Source: Candidatus Methylomirabilales bacterium
GTDB lineage: Bacteria; Methylomirabilota; Methylomirabilia; Methylomirabilales; CSP1-5
Assembly (NCBI GenBank): GCA_046758405.1
Contig: JBHIAD010000002.1
Coordinates: 1-34,149, forward strand
Direction: 5' to 3'
DNA length: 34,149 nucleotides
Each line of letters begins with the position of its first letter. Position 1 is the stretch's first letter. Of the stretch, positions 17,901 to 26,320 are shown piece after piece. Position numbers and translations under genes: made by a program. Under the pieces are notes generated by a model, which was not told the origin of the DNA, searched no databases, and saw only the letters and a list, made by a program, of their open reading frames with translations.

Positions 17901-18047
17901 TCTGTGGTCTGGGGCCTCTCCTTCGCCACCGTTCTCACCCTCATCCTGATCCCCTGCCTCTATGCCATGCTGGATGATCTGAAGACCTCCACCCGTCGAC
18001 TGCTTCGCCTCGAGGTGAGCGCGAGATCCCCCGAGCTGGGGCGCTAG
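14949..18047 (+). CDS. RND efflux transporter permease (AcrB/AcrD/AcrF family)
   Basis: A 1032-aa product with 12-TM topology and two large periplasmic loops. Typical motifs are GLLVDDAIVVTEN and AGVVVNDSLILVDF. Confidence 0.95.
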   Translation: MKRLVEFAVQNRVLVNLLTLFVLGAGFVTYLRMHRELFPEFSRQAIQIITVYRGASPEEVEKLITAEIEAEVADIDELEELQSVSQEGRSEILLKFQPDTDMNRALSNVRAALDNVTNLPEEAEEPQVREVKSSFPVITVSLAGEIDEATLRRMAKDLRDDLRRLRGVAAVRILGIREQQIWVEADPAELERYHLSLDDLRAAIASHNRNVPGGTLKTARGEILVRTLGEAAEARDVEQIIVRATPGGHPLTVGDIATVRETFEEATTIGRFNGRPGINLVVIKERTGDAIDIAARVRALVERVQARLPETVTIGVYNDFSIFIQKRLNTLRFSGAIGLTIVLITLWIFVRTRIALLTGLGIPFAMLGGIVLMSVYGISLNMISLFSLILVLGLLVDDAIVVTENVYRHVEEGMDARQAAIQGTAEVAWPVITTVTTTIAAFLPLLLVPGTMGVFLAPIPLVVTFTLLASLFEALVVLPSHLADAITLAYAPRVRRRHQNWLDRARQAYQGLLAMTLRWRYVTTAILLGITILLAATAWYRIPFVLFREFESSQFFVNFETSPTAKIEDTLQVAKRAEQVVLSLPPQALKSLATNVGITFLDVHRAERGPNLGQLMVELQEDRRRSVDAVIKDLRAGMAEIPGITKIQFLKTQAGPGGPAIEARVAGDDITVLRHLADEVKAFLRAFRGVRDVRDDFTEGKEELQITLRPEARALGLNLGQIARQVQQGFLGVEASTIQQRDEDVPIVVRFPQVARQRLETVAGMKLTLPSGEKVFLRDVTQLDTAIGTSKVRRDDQKRTITVFADVDTREANAFQVADRLKRKFADVGSRFPGYRMTVKGERQEAEASLAALPQIFLIALLLIYFLLGSLFKSFVQPLIVMAAIPFALDGVVIGHLIMGEALSFLSMMGLTALAGVVVNDSLILVDFINRARQTGTRRDEAILASGVARLRPVLLTTITTVGGLIPLAFFASGQAKFLSPMAISVVWGLSFATVLTLILIPCLYAMLDDLKTSTRRLLRLEVSARSPELGR

Positions 18048-18135
18048 CCGGAAGAGATCCATGGCCCTTTGCCTTTCCCGCCATATCCGACGGAGCAAAC
18101 AACCCACCGGGATAATGGGCACAAAGGCCTCACCC

Positions 18136-19395
18136 TTATCCCGGGTAGGCTGTTGAGGATTCGGGAGCCACGGATGCAGATCGAATCACTCTGCCGATCG
18201 TCAATCCTTGCACGATGATCGAGAAGGCTACGACCGCGTAGGTGACCGTCACGATCGCATTGCGCGCATGCCCCGGTGGCAGTGATAACGCCAGGGCAAC
18301 GGAGATCCCCCCGCGTAATCCCCCCCACGTCAGGATGATCGTCGCTTTCTTGCTGAACTCCTGGACCAGGCTGAACAGTCGAACAGGCAAGCCGACGCTG
18401 AGACAGCGCGCAAACAGGACGATCGGAATGGCAACCAGCCCGGCTTGGAGATACTGCCGCTGAAAGCTCAGCACCAGCACTTCCAGCCCGATCAGCACAA
18501 ACAGGATCGCATTGAGCAGCTCGTCGATGAGTTCCCAGAAGGAGTCAAGATGCTCACGGGATGTGTCGGACATGGCGAAGCGGCGACCGTGATTCCCGAT
18601 GAGCAGCCCGGCAATCACAACAGCGATGGGCCCGGAGGTGTGCAGGGCATTCGCCAGCGCATAGCCTCCCATCACCAGCGCCAACGTGACGAGAATCTCC
18701 ACCTGATAGTTATCCACCGATTTCAACATCAGATAGGCAGCATACCCCATTGCAAATCCCAGGGCCGCGCCCCCAAGGGCCTCCTGGACGAGAAGGAGTG
18801 CAACCCCCGCCGGAGTGGCCTCACCATTGATGGCCACACCCAAGAGCGCCAGAAAAACCACCACGCCCACGCCATCATTGAACAAAGATTCACCGGTCAG
18901 CCTTATTTCGAGTGATTTGGGAACGCGAATCTGTTTCAAGATACCCACCACCGCAATCGGATCGGTGGGCGAGATCAGGGCGCCAAATAACAGGCAGTCG
19001 ATGAAGGGAAGATCCAGCCCAACGAGGCCAAACAGGAAATACGCAAGGATGCCGACAATGCCGGTGGACAGCACCACCCCGGCGGTCGCCACGGTCCCGA
19101 TAAACCATTTGTAGCTCAGCAGGTCGTCGAGATTCACATGCAAGGCGCCGGCAAATAGCAGGAAACTAAGCATGCCGTGCAAGAGGGTCGCGTTAAAGTC
19201 GATTCCCTCCACGAAGGCCCTGGCCTCACCCGGAAGGCCGACCCCGAGCTTACCGAGGACCACGAGCGCAAGCGACATCGCGAGTGCGATGGCCATCAGG
19301 CCGATTTTGATGGGCAGTTTGATGAAACGGACGTTGAGATAGCTGAACACCGCGGATAAGCAAACCAGCACGGTGATGGTATTGATCAGGCCCAA
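18136..19395 (-). CDS. CPA1-family Na+/H+ antiporter (NhaP-like)
   Basis: A polytopic membrane protein with FGALISPTDPIAV and ESLFNDGVGVVVF motifs. TTG start as in the ORF track. Confidence 0.9.
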   Translation of the reverse strand: MGLINTITVLVCLSAVFSYLNVRFIKLPIKIGLMAIALAMSLALVVLGKLGVGLPGEARAFVEGIDFNATLLHGMLSFLLFAGALHVNLDDLLSYKWFIGTVATAGVVLSTGIVGILAYFLFGLVGLDLPFIDCLLFGALISPTDPIAVVGILKQIRVPKSLEIRLTGESLFNDGVGVVVFLALLGVAINGEATPAGVALLLVQEALGGAALGFAMGYAAYLMLKSVDNYQVEILVTLALVMGGYALANALHTSGPIAVVIAGLLIGNHGRRFAMSDTSREHLDSFWELIDELLNAILFVLIGLEVLVLSFQRQYLQAGLVAIPIVLFARCLSVGLPVRLFSLVQEFSKKATIILTWGGLRGGISVALALSLPPGHARNAIVTVTYAVVAFSIIVQGLTIGRVIRSASVAPESSTAYPG

Positions 19396-19738
19396 GACGC
19401 GCTACCCTTCTCAGCTGATTCGAGGGGACCACGGGCGCGGGCGCCCGGTCATCCGCGAAGCCATCTCCACATATCTCGACTGCGGCGATCTGCACCAGGG
19501 GCCTGCCCGCTGGGAATACCGGATCGGGGGGCATTGTAAACCGGAATGATCGATCGCTCAACTGACTATCCTTCAGCACCCTCTCCTCTGATGTGTTGAT
19601 CCGACGGATGACGGCACAACACCCAATCCCGAAACAGTCGGGGGTTCCGGGCCTTCGGACCCTTCAGGCGTGTCTCCTGGCCCTGCCGCTTGGAAGGGAG
19701 ACCCCACGGCCGAGGAGGGCGATCTGTCAGCGGCGGGG

Positions 19739-19873
19739 TTACCAGAGGGCAGGGTCGGAGTGGATCTGCTTCCAGTGGAACCAGAAGGTGAGGGCCGCCG
19801 GGAGCTGCTCGAGCAGTCGGCCGGCAGGGTGTCCCCTCACCGCTTCGCCGGCCACGGCGTGCCAAGGGAACCG
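19739..19873 (-). pseudogene. orphan 3'-terminal fragment of a DUF3179 gene
   Basis: ...FPWHAVAGEAVRGHPAGRLLEQLPAALTFWFHWKQIHSDPALW* aligns with the C-terminus of 26321-27391 (...TIWNALTGEAVRGKLAGTRLEQVPATLAFWFAWKQIYPDTAFW). The body of the gene is replaced by the REC-PilZ gene. Confidence 0.55.
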
Positions 19874-19883
19874 AGGAGGCCTC

Positions 19884-19899
19884 TGGCACACCTCTTGCA
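19884..19899 (+). promoter_or_regulatory. sigma-54 (-24/-12) promoter candidate
   Basis: TGGCAC-N5-TTGCA (tggcacacctcttgca), a full consensus match. The C of GC lies 45 nt upstream of ATG 19943. Position is conserved with the paralog at 25445. Confidence 0.65.
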
Positions 19900-19942
19900 C
19901 TACCTCTCTACTGAACCAGACGCGCCGAGGCAGCCACATCCG

Positions 19943-20683
19943 ATGCAAAAACACCCGATCCTGGTCATTGACGATGATCCCCACTCATGCGAGCTGTTGA
20001 CCTCCATCTTGACAGAGGCAGGTCTCGACGTTCTCACGGCCCCCGACGGCTTGTCCGGGATCCAAACGGCCCGGGCGGCAAACCCCGCCGTGATCCTCCT
20101 GGACATCATCATGCCCGGCATGGACGGGATCACTACGTGCAGGGAACTGAAACAGAATCCCTTCCTGAGGAGCATCCCCGTGATCGGCATCACGGCATCG
20201 GCGAACTCACACTATGGCATGGAGGCCTTTCGGGCCGGGGCCGAGTACTTTCTGCCGAAGCCCTTTGGGGCAGCGAGCCTCGTCCGGATGGTGCAGCAGA
20301 GTGTGCGGTCGACTGATGGAAATACCGACAAGCGCTGCATCCCGCGCCACCACCGGTTCCGGGCTGAGATCCCCCTCCGGTGCCTTATCGGTCAGGAGGG
20401 AAATGCGAGCCGGGAAATCGCGGGCCGCACAGGCAACGTCGCCCTCGGCGGCCTCTCGGTCTTCCTCCCCGAAAGGCTCGACTGCGGGACCCTGCTGAGC
20501 GTGCAGCTGAAGCTCCCAGAAGGGACCATCACCGCCGAGGCCATCGTCCGATGGCATGGCTCTCAACCCGCTGGCAAGGGGTGGGTGCCGCATGGGATCC
20601 AGTTCCACGGCTTCGCCAATGACGCGAGCTCAGTTTCCTACAAGCTCTTCCTCAGCCGGATTGCTGCGGCATCGCCTACCTAG
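19943..20683 (+). CDS. response regulator receiver (REC) + C-terminal PilZ-like domain
   Basis: REC features are VIDDD...VILLDIIMPGMDG...FLPKPF. The PilZ-like part carries RCIPR (RxxxR) and NVALGG (Ser replaced by Ala). The ORF track begins at 19670, but ATG 19943 matches the paralog's N-terminus. Confidence 0.9.
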   Translation: MQKHPILVIDDDPHSCELLTSILTEAGLDVLTAPDGLSGIQTARAANPAVILLDIIMPGMDGITTCRELKQNPFLRSIPVIGITASANSHYGMEAFRAGAEYFLPKPFGAASLVRMVQQSVRSTDGNTDKRCIPRHHRFRAEIPLRCLIGQEGNASREIAGRTGNVALGGLSVFLPERLDCGTLLSVQLKLPEGTITAEAIVRWHGSQPAGKGWVPHGIQFHGFANDASSVSYKLFLSRIAAASPT

Positions 20684-20750
20684 AGACGCTCCAATCGGCA
20701 GCTCCCACAGGCAAACGAAGACTCAGCGGGAAAGTCCTTGATCGGGAGAC

Positions 20751-21000
20751 TTAGTCCCTCTCGGCGCTCCCGGGGTGAGCTGCGGAGGACCGAAGCCCTG
20801 GGGAGTCAGCAAGAGGGTTCCTAGATGGCGGTATCGGAGTACTCTGCTTCCAGATGAACCAGCAGGCGAGGGTCACCGGGAGCTGCGTGAGCTGGGCGTC
20901 GGCAAACTGCCCGGGCACGGCCTACCGTTCGCCCGGCACGACCTGGACCTCTCGCCGCTCACCACCCCGTAGAATCGTCAAGCTGACCGGCGAGCAGGTC
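20751..21000 (-). pseudogene. decayed DUF3179 gene (C-terminal part recognisable)
   Basis: ...VSLTILRGGERREVQVVPGER*AVPGQFADAQLTQLPVTLACWFIWKQSTPIPP... aligns with LILTFRNLRREG...GEAVRGKLAGTRLEQVPATLAFWFAWKQ. There is an in-frame TAG at 20922-20924, an internal deletion and a frame change upstream. It may extend to about 21170. Confidence 0.55.
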
Positions 21001-21255
21001 GCCCTTTCGGAGCCCCGCGCGGTGGGCCGGGCTGTGCACTTCCACCGAAACCACTTCGACCGCTGTGGTGGCCGTCAACTCAAGCTCGCGCTGAATCCGG
21101 CGCACAATCGGTCGGACCCGCCCGGCCGGACCGGCCCAGCGCCCAAAAGTGTCGGCACGCTATCTGTCCCTTCGCTCATGGTGTGATCTGGCCTCCTTTC
21201 TTACTGAGTGGCCTCTTCTGAACGAAGTCGAGGATCCTCGCATGGGGGCATCTCC

Positions 21256-21738
21256 TCAGGCCGAGCGCTTGACGAGCATGGCAAAGATCATGAAGTGGGT
21301 GACAAACAGGGCAGGTACCACAAAGGTCGGGATGTACCAGGCAGAGCCCATGTGGGGGGCCGCGTCGAGCCGAGTCCCCTGGAAGAAGGCGTATACCAAA
21401 TCTAGCGTCCCGATGATGTTGCAGAGCCAGGTCAGGGGGAGCGCGAGGGGCCAGCGGGCGCGGAGCGCCACGATAGCGAGGAGCGCGAGCAGCCCTGCCA
21501 GGAGATCGCCATACGCGGCGGGGAACGCGAAGGCCGACGGCAAGGTGGGCGCGACCACCGCCGGGACCAGAAAGACCAGGCCGATGTGGCGGAAGACGTG
21601 GAGGAAGAGCAACGGGATCAACGCGTCATAAAGTGGCAGCGCAACCAAGCGCGGCGCCACGTACCACTTCGCGATGAGTGCGTAGCCGATCAGGCTGAGC
21701 ACCACTTGGAGTCCGAAGATTTGAAAGTTGTCCATCAT
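21256..21738 (-). CDS. hypothetical integral membrane protein (about 5 TM)
   Basis: Hydrophobic throughout, with GGAGGGCGG directly upstream of the ATGATG start. No family recognised. Confidence 0.7.
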   Translation of the reverse strand: MMDNFQIFGLQVVLSLIGYALIAKWYVAPRLVALPLYDALIPLLFLHVFRHIGLVFLVPAVVAPTLPSAFAFPAAYGDLLAGLLALLAIVALRARWPLALPLTWLCNIIGTLDLVYAFFQGTRLDAAPHMGSAWYIPTFVVPALFVTHFMIFAMLVKRSA

Positions 21739-22061
21739 CCGCCCTCCTGTGGTCGATCTTCCTCACCGATCGATCCCTCCCGACTCCTAGCGATCCATTC
21801 CCCCTAGTTCCTAGAAAGTCGGTGCAGATCCGGGGAAAGTTCCGCCACACTCCGAGATAATCCACAGCCGGCCTCAGAGCCCATGCTTCAGCACTACTTC
21901 GTTAATCCCTCCACAATAGGAGACAATAAGCCGTACGTTGTTCACCCATGGCTATCTCGCTCGCTACCTTTCCTGGATCGGGATCTTTGGGTGCCCTCCC
22001 ACGACGGCCGTCGTGGACCCTCCACCGCCGGAAGAGGTCATTACACCAGCATGTCGCCCGA

Positions 22062-22106
22062 ATGGTTGCGGCGACCGGTATTCGGTTACCGATTATCGGC
22101 AACCAT
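22062..22106 (-). terminator. structured hairpin downstream of the NDH-2 stop (no U-tract)
   Basis: An ATGGTTGC...GCAACCAT 8-bp outer stem encloses further CGGT/ACCG pairings. It starts 27 nt after the stop at 22133-22135. Confidence 0.3.
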
Positions 22107-22132
22107 CCTCCACGAGACACCTGACAAGGGAC

Positions 22133-23443
22133 TTAGGGCGATCCTTTCGACTCAGGGGGTGACGGCGAAGGAGAAGCGATCGACGAAGGCCGAGGGAGGA
22201 TGAGTTTTACCGTCCGTTCGTAGAAAAAGTAGTCCCAGGCCCAGTTCACCATTACGAATAACCGATTCCGGAACCCGATCAGATAAAAAAGGTGTAGACC
22301 CATCCAGAGAAGCCAGGCGGGAAAGCCCGTAAAGGCCCAGCGATTCAGAAGATGGGCGACGGCGGCGTTCCGGCCGATGGTAGCCATCATCCCCCTGTCT
22401 CGATAGTGGAAGGGTCGGAGCGGTTCTCCCACAAGCTGTCGCAGGATATTTTTCGCGGCCCGCACCCCCTGCTGGATGGCGACAGGGGCTACCATGGGAA
22501 TGGGGTATCCCTCCTCTTCAAGGTAGGCTAGGTCTCCAATCACATAGACATTAGCGTAGTTCGGCACCTGTAACGTTGGCAGAACGGTAATCCGACCGTT
22601 CCGTGCAGTGGGAAGGCCCGAAACCTCTGCACACGGATCCCCACGGACCCCGGCCGTCCAGACTACCGTTTCCGTAGGGATCACCTCCCCATCCTCTAGG
22701 TACACAGAATCGGGGGCTACCCGGGTCACCACCGCCTGGAGACGAACCTTAATCCCCTTCTTCCCCAGCCGGGTTCGGGCATACTCCCGAAACTTTTCAG
22801 GGAACGTGGGGAGAAGATTCCCGGCCGCCTCGAGAAGAACGACCCGAACCTCTTGAAAATCGAGGGTAGGATAATCCCGTCTAAGAGGTCTGTAGATGAG
22901 CTCAGCCAGCGCCCCGGCAAACTCCACCCCGGTAGCCCCACCCCCCACGATGGTAAAGGTGAGGAGCCGGTTGCGACGTTCCGAATTTCTTTCCTGAACC
23001 GCCCGCTCGAAGCAGTGCAGAATATGGTTCCGAAGAGCGATGGCCTGATCCATGGTACGAAGAGGAAAGGCACGCTCAGCCGCACCGGGGACTCCAAAGA
23101 AGTGTGTGGTGCTGCCTGTCGCCAGAATCAGAAAATCGTAGGGAAACGCTGGACCATCGGTTTTTATCACCTGCTTCTCAAAGTCAATCTCCGTGACTTC
23201 GGCCATAGCGAACTGGGCATTAGGCATCTTCCGCAGAATCCCCCTCACAGGATACGTGATTTCCTCGGGCTCCAACTCGGCGGCAGCCACCTGGTAGAGG
23301 AGTGGGAAAAAAGTGTGATAGTTGTTGCGATCCACCACGACAACGTGAACGGGGACCCGGGCCAGCGTCCGCGCAGCCCAGAGTCCTCCAAACCCACCTC
23401 CCACGATCACGACACATGGACGGTCCTTCTGAAACGTCTTCAT
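22133..23443 (-). CDS. ndh: type II NADH dehydrogenase (NDH-2)-like FAD/NAD(P)-binding oxidoreductase
   Basis: [14 protein letters not shown] and [16 protein letters not shown] dinucleotide-binding motifs, VYVIGDLA, and a C-terminal amphipathic/TM tail. Third-position G+C is visibly lower than in neighbouring genes. Confidence 0.9.
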   Translation of the reverse strand: MKTFQKDRPCVVIVGGGFGGLWAARTLARVPVHVVVVDRNNYHTFFPLLYQVAAAELEPEEITYPVRGILRKMPNAQFAMAEVTEIDFEKQVIKTDGPAFPYDFLILATGSTTHFFGVPGAAERAFPLRTMDQAIALRNHILHCFERAVQERNSERRNRLLTFTIVGGGATGVEFAGALAELIYRPLRRDYPTLDFQEVRVVLLEAAGNLLPTFPEKFREYARTRLGKKGIKVRLQAVVTRVAPDSVYLEDGEVIPTETVVWTAGVRGDPCAEVSGLPTARNGRITVLPTLQVPNYANVYVIGDLAYLEEEGYPIPMVAPVAIQQGVRAAKNILRQLVGEPLRPFHYRDRGMMATIGRNAAVAHLLNRWAFTGFPAWLLWMGLHLFYLIGFRNRLFVMVNWAWDYFFYERTVKLILPRPSSIASPSPSPPESKGSP

Positions 23444-23668
23444 CGATCTCTTCCCTGACCACGGGGAGCTACCTGACCCTTATAATGAGGACCCGACCCC
23501 GGAGGTCTTGGTCCCCCCCAGATCCTTCAAGGGGAGGTTCTAAGGCAGGAACGGGGTTGAAAGCAGTTAGCGAGTTTGTTCGGCCCTCCCTAGAAGACTG
23601 GCGGTGAAGTACCCGCCACGCTCAAACGCTGGGCTATTGTCAGTCGCCCCTGCCGGGGCTCCGCGGGC

Positions 23669-25057
23669 TCATGCCAGTGGCTTGAGGTCGCCCAGCATGG
23701 TCGGAATCAGCTCCGACACGGTCGGGTGAATGTGCATGGCCCGCTGGATCACGGTGTAGGGTGCTTGGGCGTACATGACATCCAGGATGGAATGGATGAT
23801 CTCATCGCCCCCGATTCCCAGGATGGCCGCGCCCAGGATCTCCTTGGTCTTGGCGTCCACCAGGATTTTCATGAAGCCCTGGGTCTCGCTTTTCTCCACT
23901 GCACGGGCCACGCGCGTCATGGGCCGCTTGGCCATCAGGGCTTTCCGGCCGGACTTCCGCACCTCTGCTTCCGTCATCCCGGCCCGGCCCAGGGGTGGGT
24001 CGATGTACAGGGCATAGGCCGGAATGCGGTCGCTGACGCGGCGCGGGTCATTGTCCAGCAGATTGGCGGCCACGATCTCGTAGTCGTTGTAGGAGGTGTG
24101 GGTGAAGGCCCCCTTCCCGTTACAATCGCCCAGGGCCCAGACGCCGGACACGGTGGTGCGCAGTTGGTCATCCACCACGATGTAGCCCTGTTGGTCCACT
24201 TTGATGCCTGCTCTGTCCAGACCGAGGTCATCCGTGTTGGGACGACGCCCCACCGCGAGGAGTAAACGCGAGCCCGTCACCTCCCTGGCTCCTTTCCCAC
24301 AATCAAGGTTGACCACGACCTTCTCGCCACGTCTTTCCGCATCGATGCATTCGGCCTCAAGGCGGATGGTGACTCCCTCGTTTTCGAGAATCTCCTTGAC
24401 TGCGTCCGAAACGTCTTCGTCATCGCGCTTGATCAAACGCGGACCCCTCTCCACGATGGTCACCCGGCTGCCAAAGCGCCGATACATCTGCCCGAACTCC
24501 AGGCCGATGTAGCTGCCGCCGATGATGATCAAGTGCTCCGGGAGGAAGTCCACTTCCATCATGCTGGAGTTGGTCAGGTAGGGCACGCTCTGGAGTCCGG
24601 AGAAGGGCGGCACGAATGCCCTTGCCCCCACGTTGATGAAGATCTCGTCCGCCTCCAGCCGTTCCTCCCCTACGCGAACCACGTGGGGTCCCTCAAAGCG
24701 CGCGTGACCCTCGTACACGGTGCAGTTCTCCAGGTTCTTGAGCCAGTTTTCCACACCTTGGTTGGACCGCCGCACCACACCATCCTTGCGCGTCTTGACC
24801 TTCTGCATGTCCACGGCGATGGAGCCGCCGACCATCACGCCAAAGTCGGCCCCCCGCCGGGCCATGTAGGCAGCGCGGGCGCTGGCCACCAAGGTCTTCG
24901 TGGGAATGCAGCCGGTGTTGACACAGGTGCCGCCGAACAGTTTGCGCTCGATGATGGCCACCTTCATCCCCGCTCCGGCCAGCCGTGCGGCCAGGGACGG
25001 CCCGGACTGCCCCGTGCCGATGATGATGGCGTCATATTGTGTTGCCATGGTGTTCAT
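23669..25057 (-). CDS. class-I pyridine nucleotide-disulfide oxidoreductase (flavoprotein disulfide reductase; not MerA-type C-terminus)
   Basis: AIIIGTGQSGPS, the redox-active GGTCVNTGCIPTK, LIIIGGSYIGLEFG, and a dimerisation-domain HIHPTVSE motif. An alternative start is ATG 25048. Confidence 0.9.
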   Translation of the reverse strand: MNTMATQYDAIIIGTGQSGPSLAARLAGAGMKVAIIERKLFGGTCVNTGCIPTKTLVASARAAYMARRGADFGVMVGGSIAVDMQKVKTRKDGVVRRSNQGVENWLKNLENCTVYEGHARFEGPHVVRVGEERLEADEIFINVGARAFVPPFSGLQSVPYLTNSSMMEVDFLPEHLIIIGGSYIGLEFGQMYRRFGSRVTIVERGPRLIKRDDEDVSDAVKEILENEGVTIRLEAECIDAERRGEKVVVNLDCGKGAREVTGSRLLLAVGRRPNTDDLGLDRAGIKVDQQGYIVVDDQLRTTVSGVWALGDCNGKGAFTHTSYNDYEIVAANLLDNDPRRVSDRIPAYALYIDPPLGRAGMTEAEVRKSGRKALMAKRPMTRVARAVEKSETQGFMKILVDAKTKEILGAAILGIGGDEIIHSILDVMYAQAPYTVIQRAMHIHPTVSELIPTMLGDLKPLA

Positions 25058-25066
25058 CTCCTATTG

Positions 25067-25237
25067 CTATATGAGCTCCTGATAGTACCGGGCGGCGTCC
25101 GCCTTGCCCCGGACGGGGGCTGCGAGGAGGCTCTCCTCATGCACGCAGTCCTCGGTGAGCGTCCCGAAGAGCCGGTCCAGCTCCCTGTCGGCCTCCAGAT
25201 GCTCCTCCGCCGTCTTGATATTCGCGTCGATCGACAT
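25067..25237 (-). CDS. 56-aa ORF resembling the N-terminal third of a SnoaL/NTF2-like protein (possibly a truncated remnant)
   Basis: This ORF is below the 60-aa track cutoff and was translated by hand: MSIDANIKTAEEHLEADRELDRLFGTLTEDCVHEESLLAAPVRGKADAARYYQELI*. A GGGGAGAGGGG SD lies upstream. It ends 10 nt before the oxidoreductase ATG. Confidence 0.3.
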   Translation of the reverse strand: MSIDANIKTAEEHLEADRELDRLFGTLTEDCVHEESLLAAPVRGKADAARYYQELI

Positions 25238-25285
25238 GGCCCCTCTCCCCGTCCCCGGCGCGCCCCGAGCCCGTGGGCGAGGACC

Positions 25286-25314
25286 ACTCTATGGTCGAGG
25301 AGATGTGATGTCAA
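25286..25314 (-). promoter_or_regulatory. sigma-70 promoter candidate (TTGACA-17-TAGAGT)
   Basis: The minus strand has -35 TTGACA (25314-25309), a 17-nt spacer and -10 TAGAGT (25291-25286). It lies about 50 nt upstream of ATG 25237. Confidence 0.5.
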
Positions 25315-25329
25315 CACGGGGTTGCCACA

Positions 25330-25428
25330 GATGGGGTCGAGATCGCGCTCTTGCCAGGCGAACCAGAGGGCGAGGGTTGCCGGGATGGGTTGGCGCTACG
25401 CCGCGTGAGGCCGCCCCCGAACCATTTC
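25330..25428 (-). pseudogene. orphan 3'-terminal fragment of a DUF3179 gene
   Basis: EMVRGRPHAA*RQPIPATLALWFAWQERDLDPI aligns with GEAVRGKLAGTRLEQVPATLAFWFAWKQIYPDTAF. There is an in-frame TAG at 25396-25398. Its position relative to REC-PilZ is the same as for fragment 19739-19873. Confidence 0.5.
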
Positions 25429-25444
25429 AGGCCCAGGACGGAGC

Positions 25445-25460
25445 TGGTACACGGCTTGCA
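25445..25460 (+). promoter_or_regulatory. sigma-54 (-24/-12) promoter candidate
   Basis: TGGTAC-N5-TTGCA (tggtacacggcttgca). The C of GC lies 44 nt upstream of ATG 25503, the same geometry as 19884-19899. Confidence 0.65.
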
Positions 25461-25502
25461 GCACCCTTCTGCAAAACCGGACATGTGGGGTAGCGAGGGA
25501 CG

Positions 25503-26216
25503 ATGCAAAAACGGCCGATCCTGATCATTGACGACGATCGTCATTCGTGCGAGCTGCTGACCTCCATCTTGAAAGAGGCGGGGTTCGCGGTCTTCACAGC
25601 CGCCGATGGCTTGTCCGGGATCGAACAGGCTCGGACAGTCCATCCCGCCGTGATCATCTTGGACATGATCATGCCCGGCATGGACGGGATCAGCACATGT
25701 CGAGAACTGAAACGGGATCCTTCCCTGAAGAGCATCCCCGTAATCGGCGTCACGGCCTCGAGGGACTCGCATTATACCGAGGAGGCCTTTCGCGCCGGGG
25801 CCGAGTACTTTCTACCGAAGCCCTTTGGGGCGGCGAGCCTCCTCCGTGTCGTGAATGCCGCCAATCGCTCGTTTCCCCGTCACCCCCGATTCCCGGCTGA
25901 GATCCCTGTCCGGTGCCTCATCGGTCGGGAAAGGAACACGACCAGGGAAATCGAGGGTCGCACCGGTAACATCGGTCTCGGAGGTTTCCTGCTCTTCCTC
26001 CCTGAAAGACTCGAGCGCGGGACTATCTTGAGCGTGGAGCTCAAGCCTCCGGCAGGACCGATCACCGCCAAGGCCACCGTCAGTTGGCAGGGTCCTCATC
26101 CGAGGGGTGACGGGCTGGTGCCGCACGGGATACAGTTCCGGGACTTTGCAGATGACCAGAGCTTCGTCTTGTACAAGCTCTACCTCAGCCGGATGGCTGC
26201 GAGGCCACCCGCATAG
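25503..26216 (+). CDS. response regulator receiver (REC) + C-terminal PilZ-like domain
   Basis: IIDDD...VIILDMIMPGMDG...FLPKPF, then RSFPR (RxxxR) and NIGLGG (Ser replaced by Gly). Roughly two-thirds identical by eye to 19943-20683. Confidence 0.9.
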   Translation: MQKRPILIIDDDRHSCELLTSILKEAGFAVFTAADGLSGIEQARTVHPAVIILDMIMPGMDGISTCRELKRDPSLKSIPVIGVTASRDSHYTEEAFRAGAEYFLPKPFGAASLLRVVNAANRSFPRHPRFPAEIPVRCLIGRERNTTREIEGRTGNIGLGGFLLFLPERLERGTILSVELKPPAGPITAKATVSWQGPHPRGDGLVPHGIQFRDFADDQSFVLYKLYLSRMAARPPA

Positions 26217-26320
26217 GGATGCTCCGGCTGGGACCTTCAAAGGGCAGACGATGGGCCGATGCAAAAGGCACTTCCCACACCCTCAGGGCGGGGTAGGCAA
26301 GAGACCGAAGTCCTGAGGAG

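Noticed and set aside
18107-18144. 9-bp inverted repeat CCGGGATAA...TTATCCCGG between the convergent RND and antiporter genes
   Set aside because: It has a 20-nt loop and no T-tract on either strand, and it overlaps the antiporter stop codon. At best it is a weak bidirectional terminator.
19400-19560. GC-rich hairpin (GACCGGGCGC-CC-GCGCCCGTGGTC) in the leader of the Na+/H+ antiporter gene, considered as a possible cation riboswitch
   Set aside because: It is only a single generic GC hairpin. I cannot match it to any riboswitch consensus from memory, and it would need a covariance-model scan.
24533-25408. 291-aa plus-strand ORF antisense to the disulfide reductase
   Set aside because: No motifs. 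The minus strand encodes an unambiguous flavoprotein with GxGxxG, CVNTGC and HPTVSE.
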